Source of the DNA: Ascidiella aspersa
Lineage: Eukaryota
Length of the DNA: 64,000 nt
Assembly: GCA_963924565.1 (NCBI GenBank)
Contig: OZ004608.1
Location: 32,550,001 to 32,614,000, forward strand
Direction: 5' to 3'
Below, in pieces: positions 23,401 to 35,400 of this stretch. Position numbers and translations under genes: made by a program. The notes beneath the pieces are model-generated. The model was not told the origin of the DNA. It was given only the letters and a program-made list of their open reading frames with translations, and searched no databases. Position 1 is the stretch's first letter. The number at the start of each line of letters is the position of its first letter.

Positions 23401-26400
23401 CAGGTGCAAAAATAATTTCTTTTAGAGGTACTCCTCGTGTTCGCATGCGTGGCTATTTCGCTATTATAGTGAACCGCAACAAAATATAAAAAGATCCAAA
23501 TTTAATACCCTTCATTGGTTATAAACGCAGTTTAGTATTAAACAATTGCGATAATTATAAAATCGGCCTCTAAAACTGGGTCACCTTTCCCCCACAAATT
23601 GGGCATATATGTATGCATTGTGAGACAGTTGAATATATAGGGTGCCAAAATAGCATTACAAGTATGGTTGGAAAGCACCCGTTTTAAAAAAATAATATGC
23701 AGCCTGATAAAGCGTAAAAAATACGAAAAAATAAAAGGCACACGAACTGGCCTTGTATAATTAAACAAACCACATATGTTATTTTTACGATAGTTGCTCC
23801 TTAATTCTAGGAAACGCTTTATAGTAACAGGTCCTCATTGTAGCATTAACAAGAAAGTCTAATAGGCGTGAAAAAAATGCCCAAAACTGACTAACCACGC
23901 ACTAATTGAATACCACTTATGCTGCTTGGATATAAAAATGTCGTAGGTTTAGTAAATGTAGGTGCCTTAAAGGCCGTTTTGTGGGGTGTTTCTTTTAAAG
24001 GTGACCGCCAAGCTAACTCCCTAACTTTTTTGCTTAACAGGAAGCTGACAACCGTCCTAGTGTCGTACCTGGATCAGGCCAAAGACCCAAAGTACAGGGA
24101 TCCGCTTGTGAAAGCCCTCAAGTCGTTGGAGTACGTGTTCAAGTTTATCGTGCGATCCAGGATCCTATTTCAACAGTAAGTATTTTAACGATTTTTGCTT
24201 AGAGTATTGGTAGAGCTTGTGTTATTACCGCGGCGGGCCCTTTGTTTTCCTAAAAATCTTAACGCAGATTTACAATAGCTGCGTATTTACATATTCTTAT
24301 TGCAGGGTTGCCACAAAGTCTTGGAGTCTTTCGCTGTCTTAGAATTGATTTGAAATGTCTTCTACAAAAAAACATAAAATTGTGTGGCAAACCAGTAATG
24401 TCAAAAAGAAGATCGCTAAATCATTGTCATCTATTTGTCCGATAAATTCAGATCAATCATATGTACGAATATCTTTGTCACAGTTTATATATTGGCGAGT
24501 GTTATTTTGTCCGGGCGAGTGCTGATTGGTACGTATAGTTTAATTCAAGGCCAACCCTGTGTGGTATCAACTTTTCTAAACAGGCAAACCAACATTTTTA
24601 AATTGCATATTTTGAAGCAGTGAGATATTTAATACAAGTTGCACTTCAGTACACTGCTTAACAGTTGCTTCTGTTAAAGTCTTTGTGGTGTGTTTGTGAT
24701 ATGGTGGCCGTCAAGAAATAGTAACCCGAATTTATTTGCGAACGTATGTCTATACGGCCTTTTAGTTGATGTATTATGGCGTCTTATGACACACTGCTCA
24801 TACCTCCACAGGTTTGACGATAAAGGAAGACAATCGTTCGAGCAAGGAATCCGCAAAGTTTTCGAGTCGGTCAACAGGCTCATGAAAAGCACAGAAGACT
24901 CCATGATCGTTCCACAGGTTAGCACTAACGATACTTGGCATTTTTTTCCGATACCGATAGCCGATATTTTTGGCAAACAATATCGCGATTCGATCTGATT
25001 CGAAATAGCGTTTTTACTATGGTCATTGGTCAATAAAGCACAAATTGCTGAGTGCAATGGCATTTTTTTTAGGATATTAGGCGGCCAAAATGTACTCTTG
25101 CGTAAAAAAACCTCTTTTTTGGCGAAGCATGACTTTAATGTGCCAGGTATACGGCCCGATATTATCGGACATGTTTTGTTGGAAGGTTGACGAACGTTTT
25201 TTTTTGTGTGCTTGCTTTTTCCATTGGTATTGATTTCGTAAAGACAACGGCTCACCAGACTACGCCACACGGACCAGATCAGGAGCGCTGAGTTAATTCT
25301 GCCGGGCCGAGAAACGGTTCCTTAATGAAGAAATCACAGTTAAAATGTTGTCCAATGCGATTCAAACAGAATTTTTATGAAATTTTAAACTAGACGATAA
25401 TTTATAGAATCTCACTTTAGCTTTTGTGGCTTAGTGTAGCGTTTCTGTTTGTCATATGCCGGCTGCGAATTCTAACTTTAATTATTAATTTGCGCCTTTA
25501 CTTTAATATTTTAGGATTTAGGGTTTTTTAAGCTTGGGCATTTCGAAATGTATTTCATTGTGTAACGATTTCTTTTTTCATTTTTCTTTTTGGTTGATGA
25601 GGTTAAAAAAAAAAAAAAAAATCGTTACACAATGAAATACATTTCAAAATGGCCCAAGCTTGAAAAACCCTAAATCCTAAAATATTAAAGTAAAGGTGCA
25701 AATTAATAATTAAAGTTAGAATTCGCAGCCGGCATATGACAAACAGAAACGCTACAGTTAGTCAATAATATATTGCGTTCGTTCAACGAAAATAAAGTTT
25801 TTAAAATTGTACACAACAATTTATATTCGGCCGCCATCGCCAGACTTCAGTTATTTGGCCCTTTAAAAATTTGTACATCGCACCTAACCATTGTTATTGA
25901 CTCGACTTTGACTCAACTAATGAGTTGTTGTCAGAAAAATCGCTCGGTTTTAACGTATTTTTCTTCAATGTGTTTTACAACTTCCAGGCGACGGCCATGA
26001 AGTACGTTCCATCTGTCATCAAAGATGTCGTGACCGTGTTCGATCCAAAACAACTAAGGTAAGTCCATACCCCCTTTCTGGTTAAACACTCCCAAGAAAG
26101 TGATTCCCGACTTCCCTACGTATTAATCCTATGCGTAAAAACACAGAAAAAAATATTTCGAAAGAACAGCAAAAAAACTTTTTATGTGATAAGTCCCTTT
26201 AAACGTCTTTACCGGCACTTACCAAAATTACAAGATTGCTGCATCTATTCAAAAGCTAATAACCTCTTCCCTTATCGTAATTGTCATTGGAGAATGTAAT
26301 GGGCGTAATAAGTTGACTTCTACACCAATATACCGGTAGTGAATGGATCGATGTTTGACAGACAGACCCCCGCAGCTTTTTATGATTAAGAACGGCTTTA

Positions 26401-29400
26401 CAAAAAATAAATGGGCTTTATTGAATTTTCAAATGGGGTACACTGAAGTTAAGGCGCCATTTGTTGAATTCGGGCGAGCCAATGTAGTTTTAGACACTGC
26501 TCGCCGAGTTAGGTGCACTCATTTATCCTAACAGTTGAGCTTTTTTTGGCAACACTACCGCCCATTATTTAGGCTTGGCAGCTAAACTTTCCACCTGAAT
26601 CAAGTATGTTTGGCTAACATTAACAGTTCATCCCAGTTTTGGGCCTAACAGTTAGTCCTGCTTTTTGGCCTAGTACTTGGGCCTCGCTTTTATTTATACC
26701 TAGCTGTAAGGACCTAACTAATCAATTAGCCGGTAGGTATTCAAACTTAACATTGGGGAAATTATTCATACCTCTTGTAAGTGTTAGTAGCAGACGGGCC
26801 TAGAATTTGTCCCTAGTATTTTGGCCTAGTGCTTGTGCTCAACACTATAAAACGCCACGCGGAAACGCAATACAGACAAACTCGGCGTTATCTCCGCGAG
26901 AGATAGATGAATAGCAGCGAACCTAGAAGCATGACGACAACGCATCAGCAGCACCAGGAAGTTGGTCTCTCGCCTTGCTCGTCGCTCGTGTTGGTTTAGC
27001 CCGCAGCGTGATGCCAAAGCAGGTCTGGCCTCTGATTGGTCGGCTCTGCCTCGCTATGCTCTGGCGGTCCTGTTCAAATAATAAGCCACGGAGACCTGCG
27101 ATATAAGTAGGGCTTTATTTGACCGCCACTGTACAGCTGAGTCCAGGTGCCTGTTTACTGGTGTAAGGTCGTGTGTTTGGGATTAGGTTTCGCTTCTAAT
27201 GTATTGTAATTAGGCTGTGGGTCTTTGTAGCCTCTGTTAGGTGATGAATGGCACTTTGGCTGTTTTGTAGCAGATTTGCGCCAGACAGCCAATTGAGTTT
27301 AAATAGGGTTTCTTCACTTTGTTCTTCGACAGTCGAGTGGTTTTATAGCCACGTGTTGTGCTACGTTTTCAGCAGGTAGATGAGAATGCTGTTTTAAACT
27401 GGGATTCCTAGGTTTGCAGTGTAGTTATGAAGTAATGTGCTTATCTAGCGACGAGTGTATGGTGCTTGAGATTTTTCAAGTTTTATTAAGCCCGAACCAA
27501 CCGCAGTATTTGTTTTTCGAGCAAGGTTAAGTACTTGGCTGCTGCTGGTATGTCGCTCTTATAGCTCAGCTCGGGTTATTTTGTGTTTATTTTTATTGTC
27601 TTTAGACAGCACAACTGAAAAGCTGAAACAGTTAATACAAGCGTGTGTTTTTCTATTGGAATAATGACGAATAAATCAAATTTGTGTTTTAGCAGAATGC
27701 ATATCATCCTGGGATAAAAACTAGTTTGTTGTCAGACACATGAATGAAATATAATCGCTCAACCCGTGACCACTTTTTGGTCATTAAATGCAGAACGATT
27801 GTCAAGGTTGTTTACCAACAAACCGTCTGTACGTGACCGATGAAAATTATACTTTGTGTGAAATAGGGCCATTGGACAAAATATGTCATTCAGTGTTGAG
27901 TTTAGTTTTAAACCCAATCATGCATGTAGCAAGCGAGTGTGTAATATTGCGGTTGTAGCTTGTAAATGTAACTGATGCAGTCCATATTATCACGTTTTAA
28001 TAGATTTAATCCTCATATCTGTTGCAAGCATTACAAGCCCACGTATTGTCAGGTCCAGCCAAGTATTTAGGAGGTAATGGACTGTAGGTATGGAAGTTTA
28101 AGGATTAAATAATTCCGAGCACACGACCACTCCTAAGTTACAGCCAGGCGCGACAGGTTACTGTAGCTATGGTTGGTGTTTTAGGTTAGTGTTAAGACGC
28201 AGCCGAAAACTCCACAAAGTGTAACTGCTGTTACTGTTGTTACAAGCAGTTTAAATCATAAAACGACGAATTTGGCGTTGGCAAAACTTTTACAAATCTG
28301 CAATAACCCCAGGGCCATTGCTTCTCAGCAAACCTAGCAGACATTAAGTAGGCCTAAAGTTAAATTTACTTATCTGCACTATTTCCCTGTAGGTAGTTAG
28401 CACAGCATGACAATAGGACGTTCGTACTACCTGTAAGAGACTGAAAACCTACACGAGCGCCAAAAGCAGCTTGGCTTCCAAACAACTGAAAAAAACTAAC
28501 AATAAAGACACACCTTTGTGGACACAAAATGGACGCCAAACGACGCCCGTCGTTCAGTTTGGCCGCCAAGGTCATCCGAAGGACGCCGTCGAAGCGCAAG
28601 AAGCCGATGGCTTGCAGCACCAACATGACCCCCGGAGCCAAACCGCCCGTGACCCCCTCAAAACGGCGCCTTAGGACCACTGGAACCGATTTAATTAGGA
28701 GGGTCGAGAATGCCGTGAAAGCGAAAAAGATCGAACACAACCAGAGGTTTGCCTCTACAGCTGCTGATGTAGTTTTGGCTCAATATAAAGCGAGAATCAG
28801 TAGTAGGATACCGACGTGTTTTAAAATTGGTGGTTTAATATACAGTATGATGTTGGAAAAGCTTTTGGGCTGCTGTTACTGTTTTGGCTCAAATTTAGCG
28901 AAATCCCAAGCCGACAAAAAGCGTGTTTTTAAACCGATTGGTAAAATCAACTGTACAAAAGGATTTCGTGGGACCAAAGTGTTCTGCTTGGCTAGCTTAT
29001 AACTCCCTGACCGTAATATTGGCTTCTATCGTATTGATTTATTAGGAATTTCTGCAATTTTTTTTTGTTGCAAAACAGCATTAAAAAAACATTTTTAATT
29101 ACTCGAAAATTACCACTCTAAGATAACTTACAGCTTTTTTATTTTTTATTTTTTTTGCATTTTTGTACCCTTTGTGATGCTTTGCGCTTGCTTTAACCAA
29201 ACCTTTTATATCCACAGCTTGCTGCTACAGGATTTCATCAAGAACGTTCCAGCCGAGCGACTGACGCGCCAGAAGGTTCACTGTATGCTCGAGATCGTAC
29301 ACAGCGACATATTCAAGATACAAGGCAAGTGTCGAGCCATTGCCAAAAGTATTGCAAGTGCACGCACATGTTTTTTTCAAATGACCCAAACCTGCACCAA

Positions 29401-32400
29401 CCCCTAAAATCAAATTTGCACCCCCGTTTATCTATATATTATATAAGCGTGGTACACTTTTGATCTTTGGCGCAGCCCGTCACCCTGTTTTTTCGGCCGT
29501 GCACTAATTGCTTTGTTCCTATTGTAACACGTCGTTTCCTTGTAGGAGTTGCTTAGCTATATATAGGTGGACAATTGAAACAAAGTAGTTTTAGCGGTTT
29601 GCCAAAAACAGATGTTAAACAAACCAAATAAAACTTACAAATTTGCGTTTACCTCTGAATTTGTCTTGGTCCTATAAGTGAATGATTGAAAATATTAAAG
29701 TCCATGAGCACATTTTGGGTTGTGTTATTTAAACTTGAATGACAAATGTGCCCTGTTTTTTGCTTCAAATCCCTCGCTGGTTTCCACTGTTAAATAGTAA
29801 GCAGCCTAACTGCAATTTGGTTTCGTTTTAGGCCCATATCAAACATATAGGATTTGTAAACGGCCAGCAAAGATGGCATAAAAGATAAAGACATAAAATG
29901 TCAGAAGATGACAAAAAACTCCAGAATCTGAATCCAGCGCTTCATTAACAGCTCTGTGTGCTTTACAGAATGTCGCATATTATCTTGCTGGTCCCAACCC
30001 GTTAGCTAATAAGCAACCTAACGACATCTTTTTTGTTTAAGGTCCATACGTAGAATGTAGGCGTTGTAAATGGCGAGAGAAAAAGCCATAAATAATAGAG
30101 CCACAAAAAACTCTCTGAAACCCGTCCCACCTTAACAGTTCCGTGTACTTTACAGAATGTCGCATAATCCTCCTGAAGATGATCATGACCCACCTAAAGG
30201 AACTCCTTGAAAAGAACGAAGAGATGGAGGTTTGTGTTCTCCTCCTAGGAGACATCCTCACCCTCCTCCGCTCATCCGACGTGGTACGTCACTATGGCAA
30301 CAGTAGTTTTGTTGAATTACTTAGCTTCATGCGTGACCTTTTTGGATAGTGTTCGTGATATTAGCAATGAACTTTTTAGCTCATTTTTTGATCGTTAAAG
30401 AACGTAATTGAATGTGTTTTTTCTGGTTGATTGAGTTCTTTGTACCTTGGTTAAACTAAAATATTTTTGCCGTAAATCATTCAGTACCAAGAATTTAAGT
30501 TTTGTAAAATCTACTTCGCTCTTTTATGTAAATTTTCGAGTTTCTTAAATGAAGTATTTAAAGGCGGTTAAAATCTTCCAACCAAGGTTTTTTATTTGTT
30601 TGTCGATCGATTGGCGATTTCCCTATCTTTATCGTTTGGCGCAAATGACGTTGCTGTATTTCTTTTATTTTGACAATTTAAAACTAAACTTGCTTAATCC
30701 GCCAACTTTTTAACCGAATTTTATTTTTATCTTTAACCACTTAATATCATCAAGTTCGCTGTTCTTTCTCCGATTGTGATGTGCCGTACTTTGTCTTAAG
30801 TGCTGAAGTGCCTGTGACGTCATAAAAGCTAATTATTGTCTTTGCAGGATTCATCGAAGAGCGATATCCAAGAGGTGACCAACACATTACTGAGGACTGT
30901 GATACAAACTGTCATCAAACTCGATCGACAAAGCAAGCAAGCGGTGAGTGGTTTAAACTTTACCTTCTTTTTATTTTGAGAAAAAAGCGAATCAAGATGG
31001 CAAGCATTGTTAGTTAAAAAAAAATCACTTCAATCGTATGGCACTGTTTAAATCTACTGTGTTCAAAGAATTAGTTCGCCATGGCTGAAGCATCCCAGGA
31101 ATTCGTGGCGCGTCTAATTATAGCCTGCTGTGATTTCATTGGCGTCAAACAGAGTTGAATAATTGGCGGCAGTTTTCTCCTCGCTAATCTCCAAGTCGAA
31201 ATAATTTGCCTACGTATTTCGCTTAGTGTTCAGAATTTTTTTGGTGAAATTCTACCACCCTCCCCTAAGTAAACGAAGATTTTTGTAAGAATATAACTGC
31301 CGACACGATTTTCCTCGAAATTGCGCACTTTTTAACATTGGATTGTTTTTGAATCGAGAAACACACTATAACACTTGTCGAAAAAAAAGTAAATTTTTGG
31401 CTGTCAAAACAGAGAACATGGGGTGTAATGGTGAATGTTAAAATAACAATTAAATGTTAGTCAAGTGTAATATCTTTACCATATTTTCCATTTTATAAAT
31501 TTCAATTCCTAATTTAGTTCGCTGTTTTGTTGTTGTTGCTATTTACTGCTTTGAACTGTTTTGTGAGGTTACTTGAAAGAAATCAGTTGTTTGGAAAGAT
31601 TTATATTGGTCTTGTTTCGCTTTGACTAGACCAGTGGTTCTCAAACCTTTTTTCTTTCATGGCCCATTTACGTTGCAAAAACATTCTGTGGCCCAAAAGT
31701 TTTATGCAAGAAAAAAATGTAAAATAGGTTTGAACAAAACACAGCAGAACATATGTCAAAACAGATTATTTATTCAACCGTGCATTAGTGAGATACTTGC
31801 GGCTGAACAATAAATTTACATTCCTTTTTATTTCCTCCCCAAACCCTTATTCCTGTAAAATTAAATTGACACAAATGAAACTAAATCTAGCTCTTTTAAT
31901 TGGTCTGTGGCCCACTTCAAATGTTCTTATGGCCCACCAGTGAGCCATGGCCCACTAGTTGAGAACCGCTGGACTAGACCAATGGTGGAAAATTATTTTT
32001 GACAGAGAGCCATGAGAAAACAGAAAATGTCTTGGGGGGACCGTGTCAAAAAAGAGGATCTCGAATACACAGAATACAAATTGTAATTCCATTAAAAAAA
32101 AATTGTAAATATTCTTGTTTTGACAAGCTGGTAAGGGTAGAAATAAGTGAGGATGCCTTACAAAAGTGATATATCCAAAAAATACTCTGAAATCATTAAA
32201 AAATTCTTAAGGCTTATATTTGCGAGATAATTTTTTTTTTAATAAGCCTCCCGGGCCGGATTATATTGCTTGGCGGTCCGTCCCACTGGCCGTGGTTCGC
32301 CCAGGCCTGAACTAGACTTTACAGTCACAGCGGGGTTTCTTAACCAGGGTTGGAAGAACTGTTCCAAGCTGAAACAGACACAGATAATGTTTTACTGTAA

Positions 32401-35400
32401 TGTATTTATTTGCTCAATTAAATGTCAAACTAACTAACATTTGTTATCAGTAGGGCCCGCAAAAGTCAATAAAGTTAAAATTTTTTAAGAACCTCGTCTG
32501 TTCACGAATCAAAGAACAAAGTTGTTTTCAGCATCTAGGGGACTGTTTCTAAGAAGTTTATAGGTCAAAATAAAGTTAAAATTTACAATAAAGTTAAAAT
32601 TTGTCAAATTATGGCTTTTGACAAAGTTTTTGTGTTTCTTGAGAGTAATTTTTGTAAAAATCGTCGTGGAAGCATTGTAAATCAGGAACTGCGATACAAT
32701 TAAACCATATTAACCCATAAAAGCAGGCAAAATGTCACAATGCCCACTTGGATCAGCGGTAACTTTTATCGCAAATTGTCCATTTTATTTATTTATTGTT
32801 ACGTATTTAGATAATTCTTATAAAACACTTTATCTTCATAAACGTGGTCTTTTCGAAGATCAACAATTTGAATTTTAGAAATAGCCTACTGACATTCTGT
32901 AATACAAAAATGCCTAAGCAAACTAAATCTATCGCCAAAAACCCGATGCACTTTTTTATGACTTTGCGACAAAATATTACGTTTGGGTCTGGGATCGACA
33001 AAATATTATGTTTGGGTAACTGGCATCAATTCAAGGAGAAACTGTGGCCTCTACAAACAAGCAATTTCGTTAAACTAAGTTAAAAACATTTTTGTTTAGG
33101 TTAAAATAAAAATGACCCTAGTTATCAATTACCTGTATAAAAATAAAATTACAATGGTCTTGTTATTTAAGCAATTCTAGAAGGGGGTGCGAGAATTGGT
33201 TGATGATTTAAAAGGGGTGCAGCAAGGAAAAATGTTAAGAACCACTGGTCTACAGAATTAAAACGGTGTATTATTGTGCAGGCGAGTTTCGTAGCCTGTC
33301 TTATTTCGATGTTACGTCAAATGGAGGAATATCATTACGACGCTTACCTGTCTTCATTTCCCAACAAGTTCGACCTAATGGTGAGTTTACTTTTGAAAAG
33401 ACTCCTGAAATATTTATTATTTGTCGCAACTGTTGACAATTATCCTTTTTCGGTTTAACATAATTTACCAACGGTAATTGTTTACTTGGGATTTTTGATG
33501 TACATTCGCAATGAAACTACAGGGTTGTGGTCAGGTGCCGGTTGCTACGAAATATTTAAATCTTCAAAAGTCTTTAAAAAATCCTATTTTTTTTTAACCC
33601 TATGTTTTGTTTTTAAACCCTATGTTTTTTTAAACCCTATGTTGTCTTTAAATATTCTTGAATTTTTTGGCCTAGCTTAAGTTATGTTTAGAAAAGTTGA
33701 AGTTCCGAAAGTTAAAAAAACAAGCAATTCAAAATATTTTGAAATGTGTTGACCATTACATTTGTAATGTTTTGTTTTCGAACTATATTCAGAACAGAAA
33801 AAACGTTTAGTGATCCATTTTTCGGTCTTTAAAAACAAATTATCAAGTCTTTTACTTTTTTTTCATAAAATCGTGGCAACCCTGAACTAAGATAACATGA
33901 ACAGTACGTTTGTAACGATATTAATCATATTTGCAGCGACTATATGGTATATATACCGCCATCCTTATAGGGTAACCTATGGCAGGACTTGTTGGGTGCA
34001 TATGCATGACTTTAACTCAAATCCACGTTTGCCGAATATTTTATTTTTATGGGCTACCTGTATATTACTAAGGAAATTTTCAGTTTACTCCGGGTAACTT
34101 TCCTTTGTCGCAAAATGTGATTTTCATTTCATTGTAACATTTGTAAGCATATTGGTATTTACTTTTTGATGCGGGTTTTTAACTATTGAAATTTATCTTC
34201 CTATTGAATCTACGCTAATTATTCGCCAGGACTTCTTGATGGAAATCTTCTCGATGTTCCAAGACCTGATCGGCAACAACGTGTACAGGGGAGACTGGGT
34301 GACTATGACGTCACTGCAAAACTCGTACGTCGTGTAGCCAATATTGTAGTTTTACATTACTTTTGCAAATTCAGTTTTTACTAGTCACTACTATAGGAAT
34401 ATATCTATTTCGACAAAAATGTTTTTGTTATGTGCTTTGTGGAACTGTCTGTTTTAGAAAATTTTATAACTCATATCACTGCCGCTGTATTGAAGTGGTA
34501 CCAAAACCTTGAGAAAAACTTACAAAAAGGTATTAGTAATATAGAAAACTTCTGTTCGTCATTTCTGCATTTTAATTTTAATTTCACTTTTCGTTGACTC
34601 TGGATGTTTTTAACTAGGGTATTCATGCGAGCCATCAAGTTCTTCACCAAGACTCTCAACAAGTCATTTCTCGACGAGACATCCTTCGAATCGCAGGTAC
34701 CTTGTTGTTTTTACTGCAAATACAGCCATCTTAATTCCCAGTCATTTGAGAAATAACTGCAAGTCTACAAGTCAAGTCCTTGATTTTAAAATAAAGCGTA
34801 ACTAAAACTAATAAATTGGTACCCTCGTCCGATTATTAGCAATAAATAGACTAAAAATAACAAAACGTCATATACAGCAAGCAATTTTTTTGACGTACAA
34901 AAAATGCCGAACTTTATTGACAAAATATTTAATAGAAAAACTTACTTTTACCATAAGTTATTTAAGTCCAAGTCAAGGTATTTGAAAATAGTGACTTAAG
35001 TGCACCTTCGTCAAGTCATTTACAAAAGTCACTACAGCACTGCGTATAACCGTATTTGAAGCCTCTCATTACCTGAGCTGTAATTATTTACGCAATTGAT
35101 TTATTCTCAAAATGTGAGCCATTTCAAAGTGTTATACATTATAATATTTCGGACATATATTTTTCCGTTTAAGTAACACATTTGCAGGTTTACTATAAAT
35201 TGGCCTTGGCGTTTGGTTAAGGCTTTCTATTGTCCTAAACGGTTATTTGAATATGCGAAGATGTCCATAGTTTTGAAGTACAGTGCAGATTTAGACTACA
35301 CCAGTAATTATAGAGTTAGATTTTAAAGACCAATAGAAGTTTAGGGCCTGTTTTGTTTGCCCAAACTACAAAATTACTTTCCTGCGTAGGTCAATACTTA

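Noticed and set aside
24674-25270. 198-aa minus-strand ORF
   Set aside because: Antisense to DOCK exon 22 plus MITE sequence, with no recognisable domain.
28747-29002. The full 157-aa ORF 28529-29002 as a stand-alone nested gene
   Set aside because: Codon-like GC-rich composition fades after the donor at 28746, so the remainder reads as intron. It cannot be fully excluded.
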